63,159 nucleotides of DNA, filler included, from Reticulomyxa filosa (GCA_000512085.1; 21 parts of 21 records of this genome joined end to end with filler, not necessarily neighbours in it); one strand, 5' to 3'. Numbered from the whole stretch's first letter, positions 27,701 to 40,414 are shown. Made by a program: numbers and translations. Notes: generated from the sequence alone by a model not told the origin.

Positions 27701-29900
27701 AGCTGACGCTGATGATAACTGGTCTAATAACTGGCAAGCTTTTTGATATTTGTGAGCGTGCAGTGAGCATTGAACTGCTTCTACGGCATGATTCGACTCC
27801 AAATAATGATGAATGGCCTGTTCAAAGTCATTAACTTGCCATTCGAGATAGTTTGCCCATTCCAACTCCATTTCGCTGCACAAACTTTTGTCAAACTTCT
27901 TGCACAGCTGCAAAGCTCTGCTGAAGCATTTCCCTTCTTTGTACATTTCTAAGGCTCTTGCATTCTCTTTAAAATACTCGAGCAGCTCGCCACATTTGAG
28001 ATAAGAATGAGAGCCACTCAAGTAGTGTACAATGTCGTCCAGTAAGACGTCTCTCTTTGTTAATTGATCAATAGTAAGGCGATTGGAAACTACTAAGTCC
28101 GCACATCCATTGTACCAGCCACCTTCAATGCACAGCTTTATTGCACCAAATACATCTCCTTCGCTTTGTTTCGTCTTCGAAGCCTCGCTCTATTTTTATA
28201 TATGTATATTTGGCAAATCAAAACATTTAAAAATGAAACTTGAAAAAACACTTAACGTATTGTTGATTGGAAAGCAAATAGTGGATTTGTTTTTCTTTTA
28301 TCTTTTCAAGCAAAGGATGGTTTTTGATTTTGGCCAAGTGAATCCCATCTTTCCATTTGTTTAAGCTCAAGTACATTTCGACAGTTCGGTTCACATCCCC
28401 TTTTTGTAAGAAAATGTTCTCAGCACGTTTGTATTGTTTATTCAATATTAGCATGTATGCTTGTTCCAGATTCTTATCTTGACTTTTCAGTATCTGTTGC
28501 TGCAAAAATTGGGCTTTGCTTATATCTCCCAATTCGATCAAGCACCGTTGTGCCACGTAGTAGTCATTCAGCTGCAATGCCATTTCACTCAACTGTCTCC
28601 ACAATGAGTTTAGTTCATCTTTTTGGCTTTCGTTGCAATTCACTCGCATTGCACTTAGAGTGTTTACTGCTCTGTGTTTGATTGATTGTTTGAGTCATAG
28701 ACATGATCATTATCATTTTTTTTTATTTTATTGTTAATTTAAAAGAAAAAGTAACTCTTGGAAATCTTTTTGCTCAATGGCAGTTTGAAAGCGAATAACA
28801 ATTTCGTTTAACGTATAATAGACGTTCTTATTGGGCCCAGGGTCCAAAACAATAACGCGGGTTTGTCCGATATCAAAGTGTCGTTCGATATCGACAACGT
28901 CTCCGCAAATGGATTGAAGGAGAAACACATTGTTCAAGTCGCAAAGATAGTACCAAACATAAATATCATTGTTCCTGTTTTGTGCAACAATAACGGAGCT
29001 GTTAGGAACCCATTGTGCGTATTTGGCTAAATTTAATAGCAACGTACACCCGTGGCTGTTGGCACTATTGTCGTGGGGTGAAGTGCTTGTTCGATGGATG
29101 GGGAAGAGATACAGCGAACGATGATCGTCCAGAAACAGCAAATGTGAACAAGAGTCGTTCAGTTCCAACCATTGGATAGGTTGGTTGTGATTGATCGTAC
29201 ACCATACAAGCTGCTGTTTAATATCTAATACTTGTATTGTTTGCAAGTCCAATAAATATGCAATGACACAAGTGTCTTTTTTTTTATAATTTCGAAAAGA
29301 AAGCGAATGGGGGTTGATAAATTCTGTTCGAACACTTCCAATGATTTCATGTTTTCCAATCTCGACGAGGTGTAGTTGAGACTGGTAAAATATAAACACC
29401 ATTCCTCCGAGTATCTCCCATAAAAAGTCACTTGCTTTTTTTTTTGGATGCCGTGTTGTTTGTCGTATACGTGTTGTGTTGCCATTCAATTTCACTGTAA
29501 GCAAATTTTGTGCTATCTTCTGTGGCAAGATTTTTTTCATTTCCTACACTAGTGCTGTTGCTTTTGCTGGGCTTTTCATCTGCAGTCTTGTTTTCTGCTT
29601 CTGCTATCTTTTCAATTGCTGTGGAGCCTAGCCCCATGTCTGCTAACAACAATGTTTGTGGAGTTCTGCAAATCACAAATTGATTTTTGTATATTTTCAA
29701 ATCGACGATCTCGTACCCATTTTTTGAGCCGATTACAAATTCTTTTTCTTTTTTTTTTTAATTGTATGGGATTGAAATATTTTGATAGGGAGACAGAAGA
29801 AGATTGAAAGTAGTACTACCTGTGAAGTGATTTTTAATAACTATCGTCGATAGGCTTGTATGTGTAATTTCAAAACGGTCAAGGTACTTGTATCTTTGGG
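24761..29900 (-). CDS. IFT172: Intraflagellar transport protein 172, 5'-partial
   Basis: Motifs RYKYLDRFEI, VICRTPQTLLLAD, SEIEW, VRTEFINPHSLS, AQWVPNSSVIVAQNR, LWRQL...VAQRCLIELGDISKAQFL, MYKENKLWEDAMRVGK, KAEEEFV, NRFIDIYDAI, IREWVL and CAVSGYP occur in the IFT172 order. There is a Cys-rich C-terminus and two apparent frameshifts. Confidence 0.95.
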
Positions 29901-30856
29901 TTTGTTTTATTTTTTTTTTTTTTTTNNNNNNNNNNNNNNNNNNNNNNNNNNNNNNNNNNNNNNNNNNNNTTAATTAATTAANNNNNNNNNNNNNNNNNNN
30001 NNNNNNNNNNNNNNNNNNNNNNNNNAACACAAAAAGTTCATATTTTAGGATTGGTTAATTTTTTTTTGTGAAGTCATTGTAATGTGGATATTTCATCAAG
30101 AAATCTCTACAGTTTTGGGTTCATTTTTGCATAAATCACGTTCAGTGCATGTGCACTGTTAATTTTATAGAGATAATAGTTTAACATTACTTTATCTGTA
30201 ATAATTCTGCATGTAATTCTTCTTTCATGTGCTTCCAACTGATGTAGCACAATCTTCTCAAATGATTTGCTTCAATAATATTACGTATAAATTTTTTTGG
30301 ATGTTTATGTGAATGATTTTCATTCCATTCGTTTGTCCACTGTCTGTTCCATACTAATGTAAAATTGAATCCAAACCATCTGCCTTCAAAAATGATGCAT
30401 TTTTATTAGGTATTTGATACAATTCATGTTAATTGTCTTGTGCAGTTTGTCTTGCTTTTCTTGCTACTTCATCAGCTTTTTGATATTTGTTCCAAAGCAA
30501 TTTTGATTGAATCAACTTTACTACCAATACTTTTTGTAATGCATTGAATCAGAATTTGTAATTTCATCCATTTAGGTATAGACTTGTCTTGAATTACCAA
30601 TCCAACACTTGGGCTGGACATTGTACTACCATATGTAAATATAACCACACATGTATCATCAAATGATGCTAGAGTTTGACTTGTTGTTGGCTCACTCAAT
30701 CTTTCGAATGGTGACTTTATTGGATGTGGTACAGATTTCAAACAATTTATCGGGATTCCTTGCAATGGCGTCAAATGATATTCAACGCTAATTCCATGTA
30801 AATTAGCCACTTCATGTTAATGCGCGTGATAGTGTTGATAATTTACCTAATAAATA

Positions 30857-31682
30857 CAGTAGAATGCAAAGTAAAGTTACAGCAAAAGAATGTCTTGAAC
30901 AAAATGTTATCAAAGTACTCCAAATTCTCCAGAACTGAACAAACTCGAAAATATGTGGTGGTCAGTGAAAACAAAAATATTCAAAGATTGACCATTAAGA
31001 TCAAAAGAAGAACTTTGGAAACAATTTGAATTAGAATGAGAAAAAATTGACAAAGAAACATGCACAAACTTAACAAAATCAATTCTAGAGAAAATACAAG
31101 CAGTATACAATGAAAAAAGTGATTTAACCAAATGGTAATTTTCATTAATCTTACTACAAAAAAATTTTAGTTCTTATGCTTATGAATTAACTCGACTTGT
31201 TTGGCATTGGACAAAAAAAAAGTAAAGAAATAAATGATAAGTAAAAACAAAGCAAAAAGTAATCAAAAACCATCATGCTTTCACAACGTACAAACTTTGA
31301 AAAACATTAAATGTTGCAAAAAAAAAATTTTTTGTTAACAAAAAATTGAATTTTCTCAAAAATTACGCAACGTAGAAGACTAATTTTTTTTTACAAATAT
31401 CTACGTATTTAGAATTTTCTGAAAATGCTTTAAAAAAAGTTGACAATCGTGCCTACATCGTGACCATGAAACTTGCCAACTTTTTCTCGAAAATTTTCAA
31501 ATATTCAAATTTTAAACAATTAGGAAAGATTTAATAAAAAAATTAAATTCAAAATAATATTTAAAAAGTACATTTGTAGATATTTTTTAAAAAATTAGGT
31601 TTGAATGTTGCTTTTTCATGTAGAAAATCAATCACCACTATAAGGTGCCGTTTTAGGGTCAACTTTACTTTGCATTTTACAG
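30857..31682 (+). mobile_element. Internally deleted Tc1/mariner (IS630-Tc1) DNA transposon with TIRs and TA target-site duplication
   Basis: TA|CAGTAGAATGCAAAGTAAAGTT ... AACTTTACTTTGCATTTTACAG|TA forms a 22-bp inverted repeat with 2 mismatches and encloses a transposase C-terminus. Confidence 0.9.
30880..31138 (+). pseudogene. Tc1-like DDE transposase C-terminal remnant
   Basis: 30920-31138 reads PNSPELNKLENMWWSVKTKIFKD*PLRSKEELWKQFELE*EKIDKETCTNLTKSILEKIQAVYNEKSDLTKW*, matching the Tc1 consensus SPDLNPIENLW...ELW..L.EEW.KI......L..S...R.QAV...KG..TKY*. Confidence 0.9.
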
Positions 31683-32423
31683 TAAAAATATTCGTTATGT
31701 TTAAATACTGATTGTTTTTCATAGTCGATATGCTTGACTGAAATTGTTTTTTTGGTACTTTTTCCAATATTTTGCATATTGCAACTCGTTGAACTTTTTT
31801 AACTTTTTCTTATATGATTTAGCAGCACCATTCCAGAACGCATATGCATATTTTAATTTGTCTAATTATTGTTTTATACAGCAAATTATAAACACTAATT
31901 CCTTTGTAGGAACATAAAAATGTTAAATATCTAAGTTTTCTTGCTGCTTTCACATATATATAATTGACATGTTCTTTATACGTTAGACTTAAGCCATAAG
32001 TATTTACTTCTGAGATTTTTGCACCCCTAAGATGAAGAGATAGTACATGATAATTTCTTTATTTTTATTACAAAATGTAATGTATTGTGATTTTCTGAAA
32101 ATATACTAACTTCCATTTTGATGCCCATAATGTAATCATATCACGGTTTTGTTGTTCATTTCTGTAATCTTTATGTATAAATTGATGTTCGCAGCGCAAA
32201 CATCCCACATTGAATTGGTTCATGAACTTCATATGAAATATCATCAATGTACAGTAGAAACAATAATGTAGATAGTGATGACCCTTGAAGTACTAATGTG
32301 TCGAAGTTATATATTGACTAATTGACTCCATTTAGGACAACATGCCATAATCTTTCAGTGATATATTCGAGTGTTCATTATCTTCATTTGATGATTTGAG
32401 TGGCTGTGGTGAGCAAACCGTTA

Positions 32424-32516
32424 CAGTAGGTTGCAAAGAAAACTGAACGCCTAAAACATATCTTATGATGATAATTGATTTTCTCAATGAAAAATCAACA
32501 TTAAGACCTAATTTTT
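32424..32516. mobile_element. Second Tc1-family terminus inserted in the LINE fossil
   Basis: TA|CAGTAGGTTGCAAAG...TTGATTTTCTCAATGAAAAATCAACATT..ACCTAATTTTT runs to the contig end. Confidence 0.72.
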
Positions 32517-33619
32517 NNNNNNNNNNNNNNNNNNNNNNNNNNNNNNNNNNNNNNNNNNNNTTAATTAATTAANNNNNNNNNNNNNNNNNNNNNNNNNNNN
32601 NNNNNNNNNNNNNNNNTTTAAAACAAAATATTCAAACTTTTTTGAAAAACTCAAAATGATATTTTATCATTTGTGTGTGTGCAATTTTTACTTTTTTAAG
32701 AAAAAGATTTGTAACAAATCATTTTAAGTACTTCTTCAATTAGTTTGCAAAAAAATATTTGAATAATTTAATAGTGTATTTTAGTGCTAAATTGTTTGTA
32801 TGAAATAATAAAGTGATTAAAATTTTATTTTGACTTGACTATGTTAGGAAATGATTTATTTGTCACCATTAGCAATACTCTTTGAGAAACCAATTTACAA
32901 TACAATTGAAAATTGAATGTATGCGCAAATTACAAAAAGTTGTTTTTATTTGGTTAATTTATAGATATTTATTTTCTTTGCAAATGTGAGAACTTGTGTC
33001 AATAAAACAGAACAGTCAAAAAACAAAATTATTTGATGATAAGGTAAAAAATATTACGATTATTTGTCTTTGTTATCATTTAATTGATTTAAAACAAAAG
33101 AGGAAATTGTTTAAGCAACGTTATAACAAATTTAGCAAAAGCAAATGCCAAAAAAATTGTAATAAAACAAAAGATATTCCAATTTTGATTATTAATGTAA
33201 AATCACAAATATACATTATCATAAAAACACAAAAAAAAAAGAGGCAAGATATTGATAAATAAATGTCTTAATATCCATCTTACTCAATTTCAAACAACAA
33301 CATTGTGTTGCTCTATTCAAAGTATCTTTGGCAACCCTTTCATCGAACTTAACAGAAAAAAGTTCAATCATTTTCTCATCCAGCAAAAAAACTGAAAGAA
33401 TGACAACAAGGTTTTCCATTTGTTGAGAAAGACAAAAGAGAGATGGATAAAATAACGAGCAATAAAGGAAATTGAAATATTTGTCAAACAAGCTACATAT
33501 TGAAAACAAACTTACAAAAATCATCAATTATACTACATTTTGCATCTTTTGAACCCAATCTGGGATAAATGATATGTATTTTAGTTTAATCTGTTAAACA
33601 AAAAATTTACATAGACTTT

Positions 33620-34253
33620 TTTTGTTGAAAAATATGTCATAATCAGTTGTACCCTGACTTTCTACACAATACCATTCACTACTTTTATTGTCTCGAGTTT
33701 TTGTTCTAATATCTTGCAACGTTTGCTTGAATGGATAGCTACTCTTATATTCTGACGTGACGACTTTTTTCATACATTCACTCAGTAATGACTTATCAGC
33801 TACTCGACTACCTTTTGTAGTTGATCAAATCATCAAAAATCCATAAAATGTTTCATTTCCTCGCATTGTTATAATTTCATGAGATTTTAGAATGCTAATA
33901 CCACGACAAGCATCAATGATAAATATTTTTGGAAAATCTTTGAATGATTCCATTTTATTACAATTAAATGGCATATGCATATCATCAATTGATACATGTT
34001 TTTCATTACTTGCCACCAACATATTTCCATTTTCTCCATATTCATAAATCATCATATTTGCGTGTATTTTTCATGAAGTTCATAATTTGCAACTACTTTG
34101 GCCAAAAAATGATTGAATATTTTGTTTTTTGTCATTTTTGGAGATTGATTGCATATAATTTCATATTTCAATTCTTGTTCAAATAATTTTATGAAATTTG
34201 TAACATCCGTTTCTTTCACATTTTTAAGATTTTTCCATATGCTATTGTCATTG
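33620..34253 (-). pseudogene. Caspase-like (clan CD, C14) peptidase pseudogene
   Basis: Reads ...FEQELKYEII...MIYEYGENGNMLVAS...FKDFPKIFIIDACRG...GFLMI*STTKG.... KIFIIDACRG matches the caspase KxFxxQACRG motif. The expected HG His position reads YG, and there is an in-frame TGA. Confidence 0.8.
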
Positions 34254-34353
34254 NNNNNNNNNNNNNNNNNNNNNNNNNNNNNNNNNNNNNNNNNNNNTTA
34301 ATTAATTAANNNNNNNNNNNNNNNNNNNNNNNNNNNNNNNNNNNNNNNNNNNN

Positions 34354-34946
34354 TTGTCAAGGCTTGGATGCTCATAAATGTCTCTTCTGCCAAGTTAATG
34401 AAAACACATAACAAAACAAATTTCAAATCGGAACATGTGCAAATGAAAAATAGTGGAATTTTCTTCAATGTATTCCGCGTAGTCTTCAATGTGGCCATTC
34501 CTTTTTTTTTTTTTTTGCGAAAACTGGTTCAAAAAAAAGAAAGCGTGGTCTACGTATACTTGCATTGGGGGGAAGTATTACACCCTTCAAAAACGCATGA
34601 TATGTGCACGGCCGAAATAAAGCTCGCCAAAATCCAAATAACTTGGCTATGTTCAAACGCAATGTGCTGTGGAACACTACGCGATACGTAAGTGTGGCCG
34701 TGTTTGTAATTCTTTCAGCTCGTTTTCCACTAACAACCCCTCGTCGTATGCATTCACGTTGTGTCCGTTTGCTGGCAATGCAACACACGCCCAGTCTTCT
34801 GTTGAACAGTTTTGTGCTTGGTTACACCCAACGCAAGGGTCGTCTGACGGACATGGGCTCATGTCACCAGTCGTTACCAACGTTGTCCACACAACCAAAG
34901 TGCTACACCATAACACCCACCACAATGACACGATCTTTTTCGTCAT
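34354..34946 (-). CDS. Secreted Cys-rich hypothetical protein, 3'-partial
   Basis: A hydrophobic N-terminus (MTKKIVSLWWVLWCSTLVVWTTLVTTG) is followed by CPSDDPCVGCNQAQNC...C. Short GT-AG introns connect further exons. Confidence 0.5.
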
Positions 34947-35289
34947 TTTTTTTTGTTATCAGCTCTTCAATAACAATCTGTACTTCAAAAGATCATTGAT
35001 TATAACAAAAAAACCCTTTTTTTCGTTTTCGTGACCCGTTCCGCTGTCCAAAAAAATGACTTTCTAATTTTTGTTTAAAATTACTAATATTTTTATTTAT
35101 TTTAAAAATTGTTTCAACTTTAAGTACTACGAATTTATGTCCACACATACACACGTTTGTTGCTTTACGAACTTTTTCTCCCTACTCTCTCCCCTGCATG
35201 ATAATTTTTTCTTACACATTAAAGAAGCTGACAACGTACTAACGTTTTACTCACTTGCATGCCTACTCTGCTATTTATCCTGCTGACTT

Positions 35290-35800
35290 GGCCTGACAGG
35301 CTGTCGATGTCAGCGCTTTATCTCTCGTACGACGCACCCGCGACGCCCAATCTGGCGCTTTTTCTGAAAACACTGTTGTTAGTGCATGGGTATCAAATCT
35401 TCAAAAATAGGGGGTTCAAAAGTGACACTCATCTCGACAACATCTTGATCATGCCCGATGGGCGTGGCCAGTTCAAATACCTTTCCAAGGGGGAACTCAC
35501 ACTTAGCCGAACTCATCATTGCAATGACCGATCGCAAATTTGGAATGTATTGTTGAAAAGGTCAATGAGAAATGGGGATTTCGATCTCCAAGCACATGGA
35601 CCCTTACTTCAGTAAAGTCATGACCGTCATTGGGATTGGTTACTTAAATAATGATATTTGGAAAAGTGGATCATCATTATGAGCCTGTCGAAGAATATTC
35701 TTTCTCTTGCAAGGCTTGTCTCAGCCCGATTAGATCTATGTGGGTTCTCACAAAGAACAACTTCAAATGACAGTTGTGCTGGGACGCATGAGACAACGAT
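35290..35800 (+). pseudogene. ABC1/ADCK (UbiB-like) atypical kinase pseudogene fragment
   Basis: LVHGYQIFKNRGFKSDTHLDNILIMPDGR corresponds to the ABC1 QIF..G.F..DPH.GNIL..PDGR motif. The downstream sequence is frameshifted. Confidence 0.6.
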
Positions 35801-37764
35801 GAATGTATTTACAAGAGATTGGAATTGTACAGGTATCTTTTTTTTGGAGGAGTTCTTCATCTTGTTTACTTGTCTACAAGTTAAAGTGTAAACAATCAAT
35901 TTTGTTCAGATGATATTTTTTCACCCAATCAAAAAAAAAANNNNNNNNNNNNNNNNNNNNNNNNNNNNNNNNNNNNNNNNNNNNTTAATTAATTAANNNN
36001 NNNNNNNNNNNNNNNNNNNNNNNNNNNNNNNNNNNNNNNNGTCTTTGTAATAATTCATGATATAAATCTTTTTTATTTTGAAGAACACTGAATATTATTA
36101 AAAAATTTAAAGAGTACTGAAGAAAAAGCTTGAACAAAGCAATAGCAACGTGTCAGTTGTGATTGAACAGATCACAGCCTCATTGCTGATTCAGAATGTA
36201 ATTTATACTTTTACAAAACACAATATGGTGCAGGAAGCAGAATTAACAATACTAAAATGTTTTTGTGAATACTCATTTCACTCCAAACAATTTTAAAAGG
36301 ATGACTTTTTTTAAATGCACTTCCCCCTTTTAAAAATCTAAACTACTTCATAGTTCCTTAACATTAACAATACAAATAACTAAATCTTTCAAAATTTGTC
36401 CTCATTTGTGGAGGTATTTATCAAAAGGCTTGTTATTCTTATCATATAATCAAAAAAAAATATCATCTGATGAAAGTTGTATCTTTTTCCAAAATGTAAA
36501 ATTTGTTCTGTTAATCATATTTGCTCATAACATAACAAAACGAATACAAATATTCAATATGGACATATAATTCAACAAATTTATGATTTTTATTTTTTTA
36601 AAAAGAAAATAAATGGTTTTTTTGTAACAAGATTTAATAGTTTTTCTTGTTGTTGCAAAAAAAGAGTTTAAATCTGTAATTGTATTTTCTATTGTCTCTT
36701 CAAGTGACATTTTGTATTTTGAGTTTGGACATAACAACAAAAGATTCTTCAAAAAAATATAAAAAATCACATGAATATGTTGTATATGTTGGATTACTTT
36801 TCTTATATCAGTAAATTAAACAATATTTATTACATCACTATTATCAATATTAGTTGATATTAACAATGCTAATAATACATCAGATTGGCTTTTTATTCGT
36901 TATCGTGTAATAACTATTTCTGTATAATATTTTTCCAAAGCATATTCAAATGAACATCTTTTTAGAAAATGTATATCTAAATTATCGCTTGAACCTTAGT
37001 ATGATTATTTTGAAATAACTAATGTAATTCAAAAGAAAAAAAGATAACTGAGTTGCTGCAATGTCTGCTAAGATAACAATTTGTATTTGATCAAATCAAG
37101 ATTATTTTAAGAATTTTTCTTTTCAATTAATTACAATTATATCACTTATAGTTATAACAATTGTATATAATAGTAATTGTGAGAAAATAAAATTCAGGAT
37201 CCAGGTATTCTATTATTTGTCGAATCCTTAAAATTAATTTTATTTACATATATATTATCTGAATCCTGAATTTTTTTCTGGCAAAAATCTATTATAGAAA
37301 GGTGTTTTCAATGATATTTTGACGACTTATGATTTTGACAATTAAAATTGTCAAATATTTATGCAACTTCTTAACATAAAATATTGTCAATACTTCGAAA
37401 TTTTATAATTTTCGTTTTTTAACTTTAATGTTTTACTTCATCATATATATTTATTTTTTTATAATTATATTATAAATATTTACAAAAAAATGTAAACTAA
37501 ACTTTAATTTTAAAATTATGTCTTTCATTTCATTAAATTTAATATTTATTAATTTAAAATGACATTCTATATTTTCAATCAAATGTTACTTTAAATTTTT
37601 CATGGGACAAGAATATTCACATCCAGATGATTTAAACTAGCAATTACATTTTTTTAAAGGACACATAATATACAAATGGTGAGTACGAATAGATTCAGAA
37701 AACGATTTAGTACGTGGATTATATATTTTAAATCAATCATTTGAAATGAAAAGTAATGAATATA

Positions 37765-37840
37765 CAGTAGAATGCAAAGTAAAGTTGACACCTAAAATGG
37801 CACCTTATAGAGATGATTGATTTTCTTCATGAAAAAACAA
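37765..37840. mobile_element. Tc1-family terminus (well-preserved TIR)
   Basis: TA|CAGTAGAATGCAAAGTAAAGTTGACACCTAAAATGGCACCTTATAG... The first 22 bp are identical to the 30857 TIR, and the rest matches the reverse complement of 31610-31682. Confidence 0.85.
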
Positions 37841-38273
37841 NNNNNNNNNNNNNNNNNNNNNNNNNNNNNNNNNNNNNNNNNNNNTTAATTAATTAANNNN
37901 NNNNNNNNNNNNNNNNNNNNNNNNNNNNNNNNNNNNNNNNCAAAAAAAATATTTTAAAAAACAAATACGTCTGATGTTCATTCAATTGGTTTGGCTGTTT
38001 TTGTTATTTACTGCGTCTAACGGTTGCTCCGGTATCTCTATTTATTTTTCTTCTGAGTCAACAAAACAAAGTTTTTGTCACACACAGAATTGGAGGCAAC
38101 TACGTCTTATGCCAATCGTCAGTGGGCATTTTACGTAAGCGTCGACTGCAATTTGACCATTTGGGGTTCTGGAAAGGCTTCTGGCTGGTAATTTTTGTTT
38201 GCAACAAACAAGGTCTATTTTTTTGTTTTCTTTCAATTATTCTTTTTTAAAAAAAAAAAAAAGAAATTGAAAG

Positions 38274-40238
38274 ATATGGAAGTAGGCGACCGCAACGCAT
38301 TGTGCGAGTTGCTGCCAAAAATCAACGAAGGCCTCGCGAATGAAGCGCAGCTGTACGAAAACGAGTTTTTGGACAGCAGCGAACCACTGCTGAAGGTGGT
38401 GGCCTCGCTGGCGACGTACCCCGACAAGCTGAGCATTTGCCGACACTCGTTAGAGATTCTGTCATCGTGCGTCGGGAATCGCAACATTTTGCAGCGATTG
38501 CAGCTGATGGAAGACTGCATCCCCGGAGTGGTGACCGCGATGAAAAACTTGCAGCAAATGGAAGACATCCAAGTGCCTGGGGTGGTCATCTTGTCGCAGT
38601 TGTCGTCGATGGATGGATTGAGTCTTTTGCCCAAACAAAACATTGAGTTGGTCGATGTCATGGACGTGGTCAAGACAGCTTTGACCAGTCTGTCTTATCA
38701 TCCCACGTTGGTCAACTGTGCCGCTCATTTGATTCGAGACGTCGCCTTGCTGCAGCCCATGGAGGTCCACACACTTAAAATGAAAGGCTTTGTCAAAGAC
38801 CTCGAGACTTTGAAGCTTGAACACGCGGATTCTCCTAATATTCAAGCCGCCATTGCTGAAGTTCTTTCATTTTAAAAAATAAAAATAAATAAAGTAAGCG
38901 TGTCACAAAAAAAAAAAACAAAGGCATTGGAGGCGTTGTCGGTAGACGTCAAGGCGGCTTTGAAAGGGGTAGAAAGTCGCATGTCAATGTACTTTGACGA
39001 TCGACAACCGTTCATTGAGGAGACAACGAGGTCGATAAAACTGAGTGACAGCGAAGACGATAACGCCCAAGACGTCGCCACTTGGGTACAAAGTAGCAAG
39101 TCGAAAACACACACATCGTCCACGAAGGACAGTCCGACCAAGCCCTTGCACTCAATTTCGCAGACCATAATCATTCAGGAAGATATGGCGTCGCAAACCT
39201 TGAGTGATGCCGACGAAGTATCCAGTGTGGAAGGAGACCATGTTCAAACCAACAACAATAATAACAACAATAACAATAACAATAACAATAATACCAATTC
39301 CTTGAACACAACAAAAATAGAAGATAATGAACATAGAAATGGTGAGTATCAAACCGACGCGTTTGAAAAATTGGCAGTGGCGTTGAATAACTATCACGTC
39401 AATCCACATTTGTTGCACAACGTCTTGGTTGAATTGCAGAATTGGTTGGATGAAAATCCCAAAGAGTGTGCCGGATATATCGTTCAAAACCCTGATGTGG
39501 CCAAAGATTTGTTGCAATGTTTCCATAAGTTTTTTTTTTTTTTTTTTAACATCCCTTTTCCTCTTCTCCTTCTGGTTTCTTTTTTTTTTTTTTTTTTATA
39601 TTTATATTTATTTTTATTTTTATTTTTAAATGTAAGGACAAACAAAGGAGGAAAAAAAAAAAAAAAAAAAAACAAAGGGAGACCATTTTATAATTTGAAA
39701 CAGAGATGAAGAGGCAGTGAATCGCACAGTAAAGATTCTGGACACGTTGATGCACTTGGGCGACGACCTCCTCAACGACGTGCTGACACACTACGACGCG
39801 GCCAAGTACATTGTGGAGTCATTAGTGACCGACGACACCGAATCCACGTCCGGGTTTTCCGTCGACACGAAGATTAACGCGCTGAATTTGCTGCACAGCC
39901 AAACGTTGACCGAAACGATATCGCGACGAGGCGAGGACGACGGCAATGTCGTGCACAACATGATGTCGATTCTACTCAACGCCGACGACATCTACTATGC
40001 GTCCAATGTGTTCAAGAAAGTGGCCCAGCTCGTCACGCTGTTGCCGAGTCAGATGATCGACTTTCAAGAAGTCCTGCAGTTTTGTGACAATGTCAAAGAA
40101 ACGTGGCAAGGCACGAAAATCGAACCAATGGCCGAAGAGTTGATCCAACATTTGCATGTCAAGCAAAAGGCTTTGTTGGATTCCACTCATCAAAATCAAA
40201 CTCCTAGTCGAAGTCGTAGTCATAGTCATAGTCATAGT
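38274..40238 (+). CDS. Armadillo/HEAT-repeat protein fragment
   Basis: ORFs 38195-38875, 38900-39530 and 39717-40238 are helical and Leu-rich (CIPGVVTAMKNL..MEDIQVPGVVILSQLS). Confidence 0.6.
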
Positions 40239-40414
40239 NNNNNNNNNNNNNNNNNNNNNNNNNNNNNNNNNNNNNNNNNNNNTTAATTAATTAANNNNNN
40301 NNNNNNNNNNNNNNNNNNNNNNNNNNNNNNNNNNNNNNCTATGTACGTACTAAACTTTTTGTTTTTTTTTTTCCTCCCTTTTTTTTTTTTTTTTGTATGA
40401 TTGCATGTATACGT

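Larger units (their letters stand above)
30026..32421 (-). mobile_element. Degenerate non-LTR retrotransposon (RT + RNase H + CCHC remnant), interrupted by Tc1 insertions
   Basis: RT: VVLNG...VLQGSSLSTLLFLLYIDDI...CGMFA (~32190-32360), with the DD deleted. Linker: YNLLYKTIIR...YAYAFWNGAAK..KKVQR (~31780-31900). RNase H: VIFTYGST...GLVIQD, SIKIAL, ADEVARKA (30450-30660). Degenerate zinc knuckle at ~30080-30150. Many stops and frameshifts. Confidence 0.88.
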
